In this document: positions 9,889 through 19,690 of the stretch, piece after piece
Layout: each line of letters opens with the position of its first letter
Numbering within the stretch: position 1 is the first letter of the stretch
Assembly (NCBI GenBank): GCA_963749915.1
Contig: CAVVOP010000020.1
Span: 128,001-192,000, forward strand
Direction of reading: 5' to 3'
DNA: 64,000 nt
DNA from: an uncultured cyanobacterium
GTDB taxonomy: Bacteria; Cyanobacteriota; Cyanobacteriia; Cyanobacteriales; Cyanobacteriaceae
The notes under the pieces: generated by a model
Databases searched by the model: none
What the model was told of the DNA's origin: nothing
What the model saw: only the letters and a program-made list of their open reading frames with translations
Program-made: the position numbers and the translations under genes

Positions 9889-10593
9889 ATGAAAATATTT
9901 TTACCGAAAAACTTTGAACCGCAAAAGCCCATTAAAATTTATGATTATCATGATATTCTGATTACTCTATTTTCTGGCAAAATTCACCCCAGTCAATTTA
10001 ACTCCCAGAAAATGAAAGAAATGGGTTTGATTCCCGTTGATTGGCAGTTAAGTAAGCCGATATTGAATAAACCGAAATTATTACAGTTTTGTTTCCAACA
10101 AGGAATAAGTGTCGTTATCGAAATGGGGAAAATTTCTTTTTTAATGAAAATAGGCAAAAATTCCGTTGATTTAGCGAATATTATTACAAATTTTATCAAT
10201 CAATTAACTACCTATAATTGGCAAAAAGTGCAGATTAATTTAAGACGCTTAATCTCTCTACCCGGAAAAAAAGAAAACGGGGCAAAATTTATTCAGGACA
10301 ATTTTTTGCATGGTGATAAATGGGATATTTCCGGAAGAAATCCGACCAAAACTCAAATTAATTTTATGTATTCTTTAGTGCAAAATCCTTTAATAATTAA
10401 TTTAACTGATGTAACAGTAAGAGATCAAGACAATAACATTAAATCAGGTTTATTATTTAGAGGCACTTTTCACTATCAATATAAGCCTAATTTTAATATT
10501 AGTAATCGATTTTTTTTTACTTCAGTTATTAATAATTATCCTCAAAATTTAGAGTTATTCAATACTATAATTAATCAAAATTTATTATCATAA
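9889..10593 (+). CDS. Conserved cyanobacterial hypothetical protein
   Basis: 234-aa ORF; GLIPVDWQL..P...Q..F.QGIS pattern recalled from uncharacterised cyanobacterial proteins. Confidence 0.65.
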   Translation: MKIFLPKNFEPQKPIKIYDYHDILITLFSGKIHPSQFNSQKMKEMGLIPVDWQLSKPILNKPKLLQFCFQQGISVVIEMGKISFLMKIGKNSVDLANIITNFINQLTTYNWQKVQINLRRLISLPGKKENGAKFIQDNFLHGDKWDISGRNPTKTQINFMYSLVQNPLIINLTDVTVRDQDNNIKSGLLFRGTFHYQYKPNFNISNRFFFTSVINNYPQNLELFNTIINQNLLS

Positions 10594-10644
10594 AGGCAAA
10601 TTGTAAGTGTTTTCACTATGGATAAACCCCATAATAACTTAATT

Positions 10645-10802
10645 CCCTACTGCGAGGGTTTTGGAAAATATCAATGTGGTCGAGGGTAAGGCAGAAGGAA
10701 GGAGGCAGAAGGGAATAAATTCAGTGAAATTTTAAATTCTAAATTCTAAATTCTAAATTACCCTCACAGTAACCTTTTTGGCACGCTTCCGAGCAGTATT
10801 GA
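10645..10802. repeat. MITE-like element: degenerate inverted ends enclosing GGCAGAA and TAAATTC heptamer repeats; right 40 bp shared with 51624-51663
   Basis: TACTGC...GAGGGTAA on the left versus TTACCCTC...GCAGTA on the right; 34/40 identity of 10763-10802 to the reverse complement of 51624-51663. Confidence 0.6.
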
Positions 10803-10886
10803 CTTGCCATATAATCAACGAATATAAATTTTTATTACGATATGTAAATCATAATTTTATGTATCTAGGTTAATTTGAGAATTCTT

Positions 10887-12824
10887 ATGGTTTCAAAATA
10901 TATTAAAGTTCTAGCCCGTCTGATTTCTGTGGGCCTATTAGCTTTATTCTTGATTCTCTTCACCCCATCGCCAATGCTAGCACAAATCACTGGTCTCGGT
11001 TTGTCTGAGGATAATCTTTCCTCCCAGTCTTACGTCCCTGTCTTCACTCAGGGAAATCTAGATATAGCTCCCGTATTTCTTGATGGAAAACTCATCGGAA
11101 CTGTTTCCTCTTTTATTGAATTGGCACCAGATGAGGATAGTAATCAACCTAGTTCCTATGATGCCCCTACCCGTTCCCACTTGATGAACAGCAAACTGCA
11201 AAAAATCCTAGACAATATGAGTCGCTATTCTCAGGTGCTTTTGCCCAAACATGGGATATCGGGAGTTGAAAAACAAGAACAAGAACTGAGAAAACAGCTA
11301 ATTACTAGTTTCTCGGAGAAAAAGGGAAATGCTGTTGTCTCGGTTACTTTTCCTCAAGACGACGTGCCAGAAATCATTTATTCGATTACCCAAGCAGATA
11401 TTTCCATAGCTCGATTCGGTAACTCGCAACCATTAAAAATTGCACAGGTCGCTAGCAGAAGTATTGAAAATGCACTCATTCAAGCCTGGAAGGAACGCCA
11501 AAAACCTTATCTACTGACTCAAGCTCAACGAGCACTGCTGGTATTGCTTGCCCTTACTTGCGCAAGCCTCACCTTGTGGTGGGTGCAGAAACTCTTTGTT
11601 GCTCGACAAAGAAAACTCGAGGAGAGCTTATTAAATTCAAAAACCGTTCAACATCAACACAATTGGATTTCCGGTTTATCCAAGGTCACTGGCAAGTTTA
11701 CTCAACAGTTCCAGAAACTACGTCTGAGCCAACGTCACAGTCTTAATGCCTTCTGCAGATCTGGATTGTTTTGGACTCAATGGTTGCTTTGGATGAGCGG
11801 GATTGGCTATCTAACTAGCTTGTTTTACTGGACTCGCCCTTTGAGTAATTGGATAGTCGGTGTGACAATTTCCAATATTGGGGTAGGGTCGCAAACCGGA
11901 GAAATTATTTATAGCTGGCCTCCCATTAATTGGTTTCTCAGTTTCGGGCAGAAAGCTACCCTCGGAACTCCATTATTGATTTTAATCCTCTTCTTGGGGA
12001 CTCGTTTGATCATTAAAGGGGGAGATGTCCTAAGTGATTTTTTCGCTAACAATTGGATCAAGGAACAATCAATTCAACGGCACAATTTGCGTGCTCCCAC
12101 CTTGACGAGAGCCTTCAAAGGCTTGCTGAGAGTTGTTGTTTATCTTTTTTTGGGAGTAACAATCATCTATCATCTGCACCAGTTAGGTACCATTACTCAA
12201 GTAGTAGCGGTCTTCCTCGGCTTTTTCAGTTTTGCCCTTTCTTTGGCCTCTCAGGACTTGCTCAGAGATCTGATCGCTGGTCTGCTCATTTTATGGGAAG
12301 ACCAGTATGCCGTGGGAGATGTAATTGTCATTGGCGATCAAGGGGGGTTGGTAGAAAATATCACCCTGCGACTGACCCAATTGCGAAATCTTGATGGCGA
12401 GTTAATTAACATTCCCAATCGGTCAATTGAGATGGTGCGAAATCTGTCCAGTGATTGGTCACAGGTGAATTATGCCATCGAAATTAGTTATGATGCTGAT
12501 GTGGATCTTGCTTTGAAAGTAATTGAAACGGTAGCCCAAAAACTGTATCAGGATTCTCAATGGCAAGAACGGATTTTAGAAGCACCAGAAGTCTTGGGTA
12601 TTGATAATATTTCCCATACTGGCATTTTGATTCGCGTTATCATCAAGACTAAACCACTGGAACAATGGTCTGTTGCTCGAGAATTTCGGTTCCGTCTGAA
12701 AAAGGCATTTGATCGGGAGGGTATTGAGCTAGGAATTCCCCAACAAACGATGCATATAAATACTCCTTTTCCAAAAACGAGTAACGGTAATTTTAAAACT
12801 CATGATCAAGATAATCAATTCTAG
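10887..12824 (+). CDS. Large MscS-family mechanosensitive channel
   Basis: ASQDLLRDLIAG, EDQYAVGDVI, G.VE.ITLR.TQLR..DG.LI.IPN; N-terminal signal and periplasmic region. Confidence 0.9.
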   Translation: MVSKYIKVLARLISVGLLALFLILFTPSPMLAQITGLGLSEDNLSSQSYVPVFTQGNLDIAPVFLDGKLIGTVSSFIELAPDEDSNQPSSYDAPTRSHLMNSKLQKILDNMSRYSQVLLPKHGISGVEKQEQELRKQLITSFSEKKGNAVVSVTFPQDDVPEIIYSITQADISIARFGNSQPLKIAQVASRSIENALIQAWKERQKPYLLTQAQRALLVLLALTCASLTLWWVQKLFVARQRKLEESLLNSKTVQHQHNWISGLSKVTGKFTQQFQKLRLSQRHSLNAFCRSGLFWTQWLLWMSGIGYLTSLFYWTRPLSNWIVGVTISNIGVGSQTGEIIYSWPPINWFLSFGQKATLGTPLLILILFLGTRLIIKGGDVLSDFFANNWIKEQSIQRHNLRAPTLTRAFKGLLRVVVYLFLGVTIIYHLHQLGTITQVVAVFLGFFSFALSLASQDLLRDLIAGLLILWEDQYAVGDVIVIGDQGGLVENITLRLTQLRNLDGELINIPNRSIEMVRNLSSDWSQVNYAIEISYDADVDLALKVIETVAQKLYQDSQWQERILEAPEVLGIDNISHTGILIRVIIKTKPLEQWSVAREFRFRLKKAFDREGIELGIPQQTMHINTPFPKTSNGNFKTHDQDNQF

Positions 12825-12832
12825 TTATCAGA

Positions 12833-14161
12833 ATGAAAACCATTTATGGGAAACTTTTTTGTCCAAAAATGACAAATAAATTAGAGCAAAATTTAATTTT
12901 AGGAATTTCTCTGTCTCAACTACTTTTGGTTGGTTTCGATAATCCGGTAATCGCCAGTCCAAAATTCAATCAAGACAAAACAATTCTATTGATTACATCC
13001 TCTGAAGTTCAAGATCTTCAAGAAAAATCTCGACTTGAACAAAGTGTAGATCTGATTAATGAGATAGATGACTCCCCGCTGAAAGTTACGCTTTTAAATA
13101 ATCTTGCTCTATCTTATGCACAAATGGGCAATATCGATAAGGCGATCGCTATCCTAGACCACTCTTTGTCAATAGCTAAAGGCCTTGAAGATGTTGTTTT
13201 AAAAGTAACCACTATAACTAGTATTGCCAAGCATTATGACCAAATAGGTCAAAAATCTAAAGCCATTGAAATTCTGGACGATACCGTTGAGATGGCAAAT
13301 ATGGTGGAAGATAAATCTCTTCAAGGACAATTATTATTAGAAATTTCCTTCAAATATGGAGAAATTGGACAACAAGAATCCGCCCAAACCCTATTTGCTC
13401 AAAGTCAAACGATGATGGTAAAAGCATCACAACCTTTACCAGAATTTCCTTTTACGGAAACTCCTAGCACTTTAGAGTTCGGATTGGCTGGATTTGTTAA
13501 TTCTTTTCGAGATACCACTGCCTTGGTAGGGATTGAGGTAGATTTTGCCAAACTATGGTCAGAAGATGATTTTTTCGTTAATGCTAGTATTTATCTCGAT
13601 TATGATAGTAGTCGTTCTATTAATAATTATCGTCCTAGCAGTTTAATTCTGGCTAATTCTCGCCATCACTTCAATGCTAAATGGAATCTTTTTACTAATT
13701 TTTTCAATAGCACTAATCAAAATTTATTTTCTTCTAAAAACGATGATGAGGATTTGGTGATTATTAGTGAGTTTTTTGTTGGTGCTGGGTTAAATTTGTG
13801 GCGGGGAGATTCGAGGGGTGATTTTTTAGATTTACAATTAGGAATAGGACCTCGTTATGAGTACGATGACATTGATTCCGAACAAAAGCGTAATCAAGTA
13901 GCTCCAGCTTTGGCTCTTATCCTTTTGGGTAGAGGCTTTTCCATTGGGAAGGCCAAAATAAATAACACTTTTATCATCGTTCCTGCGTTAAACGATTTTA
14001 ACAACTATATCATTACTTCCGATACAAATCTTTCTGTTCCTCTAAGTGAAAGATGGTCACTGAGTAATCGTTTATTTGTACGCTATCGAAATGAGATAGT
14101 ATTTGAGGACAATCCTAAGGTGGAATTCTTTTTTTCTACGGGGTTAAAGTATAAGTTTTGA
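12833..14161 (+). CDS. TPR-repeat plus DUF481-like outer-membrane beta-barrel protein
   Basis: LNNLALSY/AIAILD helical repeats; C-terminal amphipathic strands ending in GLKYKF (terminal Phe). Confidence 0.7.
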   Translation: MKTIYGKLFCPKMTNKLEQNLILGISLSQLLLVGFDNPVIASPKFNQDKTILLITSSEVQDLQEKSRLEQSVDLINEIDDSPLKVTLLNNLALSYAQMGNIDKAIAILDHSLSIAKGLEDVVLKVTTITSIAKHYDQIGQKSKAIEILDDTVEMANMVEDKSLQGQLLLEISFKYGEIGQQESAQTLFAQSQTMMVKASQPLPEFPFTETPSTLEFGLAGFVNSFRDTTALVGIEVDFAKLWSEDDFFVNASIYLDYDSSRSINNYRPSSLILANSRHHFNAKWNLFTNFFNSTNQNLFSSKNDDEDLVIISEFFVGAGLNLWRGDSRGDFLDLQLGIGPRYEYDDIDSEQKRNQVAPALALILLGRGFSIGKAKINNTFIIVPALNDFNNYIITSDTNLSVPLSERWSLSNRLFVRYRNEIVFEDNPKVEFFFSTGLKYKF

Positions 14162-14181
14162 GAAAAAATCTGTCCTCTTGA

Positions 14182-14355
14182 TCTGGTTTAACCTGGATTG
14201 CGACGACACCTCGGGAAGCATTTTTTACCTTGGGACAATTTGGCATTGCCGAAGCCAAACGAGTTTACGATGCACCCAATCTGGGCGGCATGCCCCAAAG
14301 TAAACGACAAATGATGGCCATCGATAAACCGTACTTTGATGTATCAAAACATTAA
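14182..14355 (+). pseudogene. Possible headless gene fragment (57 open codons, no start at the 5' end)
   Basis: SGLTWIATTPREAFFTLGQFGIAEAKRVYDAPNLGGMPQSKRQMMAIDKPYFDVSKH*, GC-richer than flanks; family not recognised. Confidence 0.3.
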
Positions 14356-14418
14356 TATTATTTTCCTTACTGAAAAAATTGAAAGATAATTTAATTGTTA
14401 ATTGTCAATTGTTAATTT

Positions 14419-15186
14419 TTATAAGTCTATTTTACGGACTAAACTATCTAAATCAGCAGGAGTAATATTGATATTTGCTAAAATATTTTTAGTAAAATAA
14501 AATAAAGTGTCTTGATCTAAATCGATAAAATCTTGAGTATTAAAGATGAAAAATAATTCATTTCGGAATTCCTCAACATATTTCCAAAAATTTTTTATAA
14601 TAGAATAACAAAAAATCAAAGGTAATTGTTGTTCGATTATTTCTGCTTCAGACTTGGATTTTGAAATATAATTAATGGCTAAATATTTGCCATTATCTTT
14701 ACTAAAAACTAAAGTGCATTTTGGTTCATTTTCTGCAAAAGAAAGAGACACAGAATCCCAATAATCCCAAGGAATTAAATTATATTTTTCCCCACATTTA
14801 GATTGATTCGACAATAAATTAGAAGATTCTAAAATTAATCCTTTTAAAGTAAAAATAAGAAAAGTATCAAATGTTTTTGTGTCAAATATTGTATTAGAAA
14901 AACTCTTTACTTGAAAACTTGAGCCGTAAAATAAAACAGATTGATTTTTACCTAAGGATTGATTAATAATATTTCCCACCGACAAGCTTTGATTTTCTTG
15001 GGTAATAACTAAGGCATCAATTCCGTTGTTAATATTTTTATCTCTATCATTACGAACATGAAATAAGGGAATTAATTTCTCCGTTTCTAGTACTAACAAA
15101 AACTTAATAAGTAAACTAGCGGATTGGGATTCATCGGGAAAAATACAGGTAAAAAGATTATCGAAGTTAGATTTAACCATAGTCAT
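14419..15186 (-). CDS. Hypothetical protein
   Basis: 255-aa ORF in very AT-rich DNA; no motif recognised. Confidence 0.6.
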   Translation of the reverse strand: MTMVKSNFDNLFTCIFPDESQSASLLIKFLLVLETEKLIPLFHVRNDRDKNINNGIDALVITQENQSLSVGNIINQSLGKNQSVLFYGSSFQVKSFSNTIFDTKTFDTFLIFTLKGLILESSNLLSNQSKCGEKYNLIPWDYWDSVSLSFAENEPKCTLVFSKDNGKYLAINYISKSKSEAEIIEQQLPLIFCYSIIKNFWKYVEEFRNELFFIFNTQDFIDLDQDTLFYFTKNILANINITPADLDSLVRKIDL

Positions 15187-15322
15187 AATGGATCACCGTT
15201 GATAGTTGCTATTTATCTATCCAGTGATTTTTGCCGTTTTATGCAACTTGCCGAAAAAAATCGTTACTCTATCTCTAATTCTCTATCTATAATTAATTTG
15301 AACTTGATTTAATCTTGGAAAA

Positions 15323-15967
15323 ATGTTACTACATCCCCATCAGCGAACTAAACTTGATGATAGTGAAGATAGTTTTTTTTATTCTTTCCCCCGTTTTGTC
15401 AATCATGTCGATGATAATTTTATTAATCAATTAACCGAACTTTATCGGCAACAACTACAACCCCATAGCCGAATTTTAGATTTAATGAGTAGTTGGGTCT
15501 CACACTTACCGCCAGAAATGAAATTTAGTCATATAGAAGGCCATGGCATGAATGAAGAAGAATTAGCCAAAAATCAACGCTTAAATCATTACTTTTTGCA
15601 AAATTTGAACAAAAATCCCAAATTACCCCTGGAAGATAAAGATTTTGATGCAGTTTTATGTGCCGTTTCGGTGCAATATTTACAATATCCTGAAGGGATT
15701 TTCAGCGAAATTGTGCGAATATTAAAACCGAATGGGGTAGCTATTTTTAGTTTTTCTAATAGGATGTTTTATCAAAAAGCAATTTCTGCATGGCGTGAGG
15801 CTACCGATAGGCAAAGAATACACCTCCTTAAGTCCTATTTTCAATCGACACCGGGTTTCTGTCAACCACAAATAGTCGCAACCCAGCCAGAAATACCCGC
15901 CATTCTACAAATGCTAGGTATTGGTGGTAGAGATCCATTTTATGCAGTTTTTGCCCGCAAAAATTAA
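15323..15967 (+). CDS. Class I SAM-dependent methyltransferase (type 11-like)
   Basis: FY..PRFV.HVD, ILDLMSSWVSHLP, SVQYL, FSFSNR. Confidence 0.88.
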   Translation: MLLHPHQRTKLDDSEDSFFYSFPRFVNHVDDNFINQLTELYRQQLQPHSRILDLMSSWVSHLPPEMKFSHIEGHGMNEEELAKNQRLNHYFLQNLNKNPKLPLEDKDFDAVLCAVSVQYLQYPEGIFSEIVRILKPNGVAIFSFSNRMFYQKAISAWREATDRQRIHLLKSYFQSTPGFCQPQIVATQPEIPAILQMLGIGGRDPFYAVFARKN

Positions 15968-16040
15968 ATGTTTTTCTCTGATACTTTTCGTTAGAATGAA
16001 ATTAGGAACTGTAGGCAAATTTACTTGGTATAAAATACTT

Positions 16041-16310
16041 ATGAGTGTTGGCAAAACAACGGAATCAACTTCTCTATCGCAACGGGAATTAGAAATATTA
16101 GAGTTAGTAGCCACTGGGTTAACCAATCATGATATTGCTGAAAAGTTGGAAATTAGTAAAAGAACTGTAGATAATCATATCAGTAATATTCTCACCAAAA
16201 CAAAAACCGATAACCGAGTGGAATTGATACGTTGGGCGTTGCAATGGGGAAAAATCTGTATTGATGAAATTAACTGCTGTGTCTTACCTACTCCTTCTGA
16301 CTCTAATTAG
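16041..16310 (+). CDS. pedR: Redox-responsive small LuxR-type regulator PedR
   Basis: LSQRELEILELVATGLTN..IA..L.IS.RTVDNHISNILTKT...NRV, C-terminal WGKIC....CC; start at MSVG. Confidence 0.85.
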   Translation: MSVGKTTESTSLSQRELEILELVATGLTNHDIAEKLEISKRTVDNHISNILTKTKTDNRVELIRWALQWGKICIDEINCCVLPTPSDSN

Positions 16311-16359
16311 GGTTTGTATTTTTGTGCTATTCCAAGATCCCAGTATTAATTGTTCATAG

Positions 16360-17595
16360 TCAACAGTCAATTGCTGAGATTGCTTTAGCCGCCTCGGAAA
16401 TGGCGATCGCCGTATGAGTCCAATGAGTACCCCCTTGACAAAAAACGATATAAGGTTCTCTTAAGGGCCCATCAGCAGAAAATTCGGAAGTACTACCGTC
16501 GATAAAAGTGCCCCCAGCCATAACTAAATTACTCTCATAACCCGGCATTGGCGCTGGTATGGGGTCTAAATAAGACCCTACGGGGGAATTGCGTTGAATG
16601 GCACGACAAAAAGCCACTAATTTATCGGGACTACCGAGTTTTATCCCTTGAATAATATCCCTTCGGGGAAGAAAAGGTAAAGGATTGACTTCATAACCCA
16701 ACTCAGAAAAGACATAGGCAATGAGATGACTACCTTTCATCGCTTCGGCTACCATTTGTGGTGCTAAAAATAACCCCTGAAATAAGAGACGATTTTGCTC
16801 AAAAGTTGCCCCCCCACTACTTCCTATACCCGGTGCGGTGAGACGACAACAGGCTTTCTCCACTAAGTCCTCTTTTCCGGCTATATAACCTCCCGCCGTC
16901 ACAATTGTCCCCCCCGGATTTTTTATTAATGATCCTGCCATTAAATCTACCCCTACCGACGTCGGTTCAAGATTTTCGATAAATTCACCGTAACAGTTAT
17001 CCACAAAACAGACAGTATTAGGATTTTGTTGTTTAACTTCCTTGACAATTCGTTCAATATCTGATGAGTTTAAACTCTGTCGCCATGAATAACCACATGA
17101 TCGTTGAATTAAGACTAATTTTGTTTCCGGTTTTATGGCCGTAGTTAAGCCATGCCAATCAATGCCGCCATCGGCAGTTAAATCTAACTCTCGATAACTC
17201 ACCCCAAATTCTTGTAGTGAACCTTGTCCAGCGCCCCGTACTCCAATTACTTCTTCGAGAGTGTCATAGGGATGTCCAGCAATGGCTAACATTTCGTCTC
17301 CAGGTCTCAACACCCCGTATAAACAGGATGCGATCGCATGAGTACCAGAGACAAATTGAACCCTAACGGCGGCATTTTCAGCTCCAAAAATTTGAGCAAA
17401 AACCTGATCTAAAACTTCCCTACCCGAGTCATCATGACCATAACCAGTTACACTAGAAAAATGATGAACTCCCACACGATGATCTTGAAATGCAGTAAGA
17501 ATTTTTTGTAAATGTCGTTTGACTTGTTGATCAATTTCGGCAAAAGTTGGAAATAGTTTTTTCTCGGCTTCTTCTATTAATAAATCGGTGTTCAT
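16360..17595 (-). CDS. Methionine gamma-lyase family PLP enzyme (aluminium-resistance/YnbB-like)
   Basis: FVSGTHAI, FVDNCYGEF, GSLIKNPGG, SADGP motifs. Confidence 0.9.
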   Translation of the reverse strand: MNTDLLIEEAEKKLFPTFAEIDQQVKRHLQKILTAFQDHRVGVHHFSSVTGYGHDDSGREVLDQVFAQIFGAENAAVRVQFVSGTHAIASCLYGVLRPGDEMLAIAGHPYDTLEEVIGVRGAGQGSLQEFGVSYRELDLTADGGIDWHGLTTAIKPETKLVLIQRSCGYSWRQSLNSSDIERIVKEVKQQNPNTVCFVDNCYGEFIENLEPTSVGVDLMAGSLIKNPGGTIVTAGGYIAGKEDLVEKACCRLTAPGIGSSGGATFEQNRLLFQGLFLAPQMVAEAMKGSHLIAYVFSELGYEVNPLPFLPRRDIIQGIKLGSPDKLVAFCRAIQRNSPVGSYLDPIPAPMPGYESNLVMAGGTFIDGSTSEFSADGPLREPYIVFCQGGTHWTHTAIAISEAAKAISAIDC

Positions 17596-17598
17596 ATT

Positions 17599-19281
17599 TT
17601 AGGGACAAAAGTAGCGAGACTCGGAATTATAAACATAAATAGTTTGAGCTTTTAAGGGATAATTTAACTCATTGATCAGTAAATTATGATGAATATTTTC
17701 TCTTTCTAATGTTACCTTTAAGCCTAACATGGGATCTTCACCGTCAGCCATTAAAAATTGTAAAGTAGCCAAACTTTCCCAAGAAGTAATTTGAGTTAAA
17801 ATATCTAAAATACCTTTTAAATAAGGGTGATTTTTATTTTTATACCATTGAGATTCAATCATATTAGGTTTGTCAAAACCTAGATGAAAAATCATAGATG
17901 GTTGGCTGAATAAAGCGATGGAAACAGGACGAGTTTCTTCTTGTACAATTAAGTTATTACTACGAGCTAAATTCCGCAAATTTTCTAATTTCTGATAGCG
18001 TTTTGTGGCAGAATTTAAAGGATTTTTCCATGTAATGGCCACGGTGCAAAGATAAGATTGTAGCAATAAATGTCCTAATTTTTCCGCCTTAGTTGCTAAA
18101 TAATTAGAATTATAATCATTCGCCTCGATAAATAATGGTAAACGGTCGACTATTTCAATACCATAACCCTTTAAACCAGCAATTTTTCGGGGATTATTAG
18201 TAATTAGACGAATCTGATTAATACCCAAATCATTTAACATTTGTGCACCCATGCCATAATCTCTTAAATCAGCAGGAAAACCTAATTTTTCGTTAGCTTC
18301 TACGGTGTCAAAACCTCTATCCTGTAAAGTGTAAGCCTTGAGTTTATTTACTAAACCGATACCGCGCCCTTCTTGACGTAAATAGACGACCACCCCTAAC
18401 CCCGCGTTCTCAATCATCTTTAACGCGGCTTGTAACTGCATCCGACAATCACAACGCAATGAGCCTAAAGCGTCACCAGTCAAGCATTCTGAGTGCATTC
18501 TCACCATAACAGGTTGATGAGAAAATTGGTTAATATCCCCCTTGACAATGGCAATATGCTCAGTATTATCTAAAGCGTTACGATAGGCATAAATCTGAAA
18601 ATTCCCGAATTGACTGGGAAAGTTACAAATTGTTTCCCGATAGACAAAACGATCGTATTTTAGACGATAACTAATTAAATCCGCAATACTAATTAATTTT
18701 AAATTATGTTGTTGAGCATATTTGTAAAGTTGTGGCAACCGTGCCATACTACCATCGGGATTTTGAATCTCACAAATTACCCCTGCAGGATATAACCCCG
18801 CTAAACGAGACAAATCCACCGCTGCTTCCGTATGCCCAGCACGTTTCAAAACTCCTCCTTTTTTCGCCCGTAAGGGGAAAATATGACCAGGCCTTGTTAA
18901 ATCCTCTGGTTGTGTGGTGGAGTCGATGGCTACTTGGATAGTTTTTGCCCGATCATCCGCAGAAATACCAGTACTTACACCTAAATGTTTCGCCCCGTCA
19001 ATACTAACAGTAAAAGCAGTTTGATTACTGTCAGTGTTTTTCGTCACCATCAAGGGTAAATCTAACTCGTCTAACCTTTCTCCCGTCATGGCAAGACAGA
19101 TTAGCCCCCTAGCTTCTACTGCCATAAAGTTAATCATATCAGGGGTTGCAAACTGTGCCGCACAAATCACATCCCCCTCATTTTCTCTATTCTCATCATC
19201 TACAACTACAACTGAGCGACCGTATTTTATCTCTGCTAAGGCTTCTTCAATGGTGTTAAATGGGATATTTTCTGTGGACAC
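17599..19281 (-). CDS. ribBA: Bifunctional DHBP synthase / GTP cyclohydrolase II with cyanobacterial C-terminal extension
   Basis: [41 protein letters not shown]. Confidence 0.97.
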   Translation of the reverse strand: MSTENIPFNTIEEALAEIKYGRSVVVVDDENRENEGDVICAAQFATPDMINFMAVEARGLICLAMTGERLDELDLPLMVTKNTDSNQTAFTVSIDGAKHLGVSTGISADDRAKTIQVAIDSTTQPEDLTRPGHIFPLRAKKGGVLKRAGHTEAAVDLSRLAGLYPAGVICEIQNPDGSMARLPQLYKYAQQHNLKLISIADLISYRLKYDRFVYRETICNFPSQFGNFQIYAYRNALDNTEHIAIVKGDINQFSHQPVMVRMHSECLTGDALGSLRCDCRMQLQAALKMIENAGLGVVVYLRQEGRGIGLVNKLKAYTLQDRGFDTVEANEKLGFPADLRDYGMGAQMLNDLGINQIRLITNNPRKIAGLKGYGIEIVDRLPLFIEANDYNSNYLATKAEKLGHLLLQSYLCTVAITWKNPLNSATKRYQKLENLRNLARSNNLIVQEETRPVSIALFSQPSMIFHLGFDKPNMIESQWYKNKNHPYLKGILDILTQITSWESLATLQFLMADGEDPMLGLKVTLERENIHHNLLINELNYPLKAQTIYVYNSESRYFCP

Positions 19282-19376
19282 AATTTAAAACTTACTATTG
19301 AGTAATGATTCTTACTCAATTTTACAGTTAAATTATCCTTCTTTATTATTAGAAAATGCTTAAGGGCTTTTGCCTT

Positions 19377-19425
19377 TGAGAAGCCCACGCCATAAACCTT
19401 TGATTCTGGCGATGGGAGTACGTCT
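19377..19425 (+). mobile_element. Orphan IS200/IS605-type right-end remnant
   Basis: GAGAAGCCCACGCCA-loop-TGGCGATGGGAGTACGTC resembles the terminal hairpin that follows cyanobacterial tnpB genes; no tnpA/tnpB nearby. Confidence 0.5.
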
Positions 19426-19690
19426 TCATATTAGAAGAGTCCATCAGAGGGTCAAAAATAAGTAAAAGCAAAGCAATTATAAAAAACAAAATAAATTGAG
19501 AAAAAAAGGTTTAGGCAAAAGAGGTGAAGTCTGTTGTTTTCTTCCCTTTCTGGCGAGTATCATCAAGGTTAAATCATAAGAATTGTATCTATTTTGCTCA
19601 TTACCTTTTTAAATTTGCTATGAATTTGCTATGACAAAGTATAGGTAGTGGGGGAAACACTAAATGTCAGCAAGGGCTAGAAATCGCAAA

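Noticed and set aside
15921..16040. Longer 129-aa version of pedR
   Set aside because: Overlaps the upstream methyltransferase; the LuxR domain fits a start at 16041
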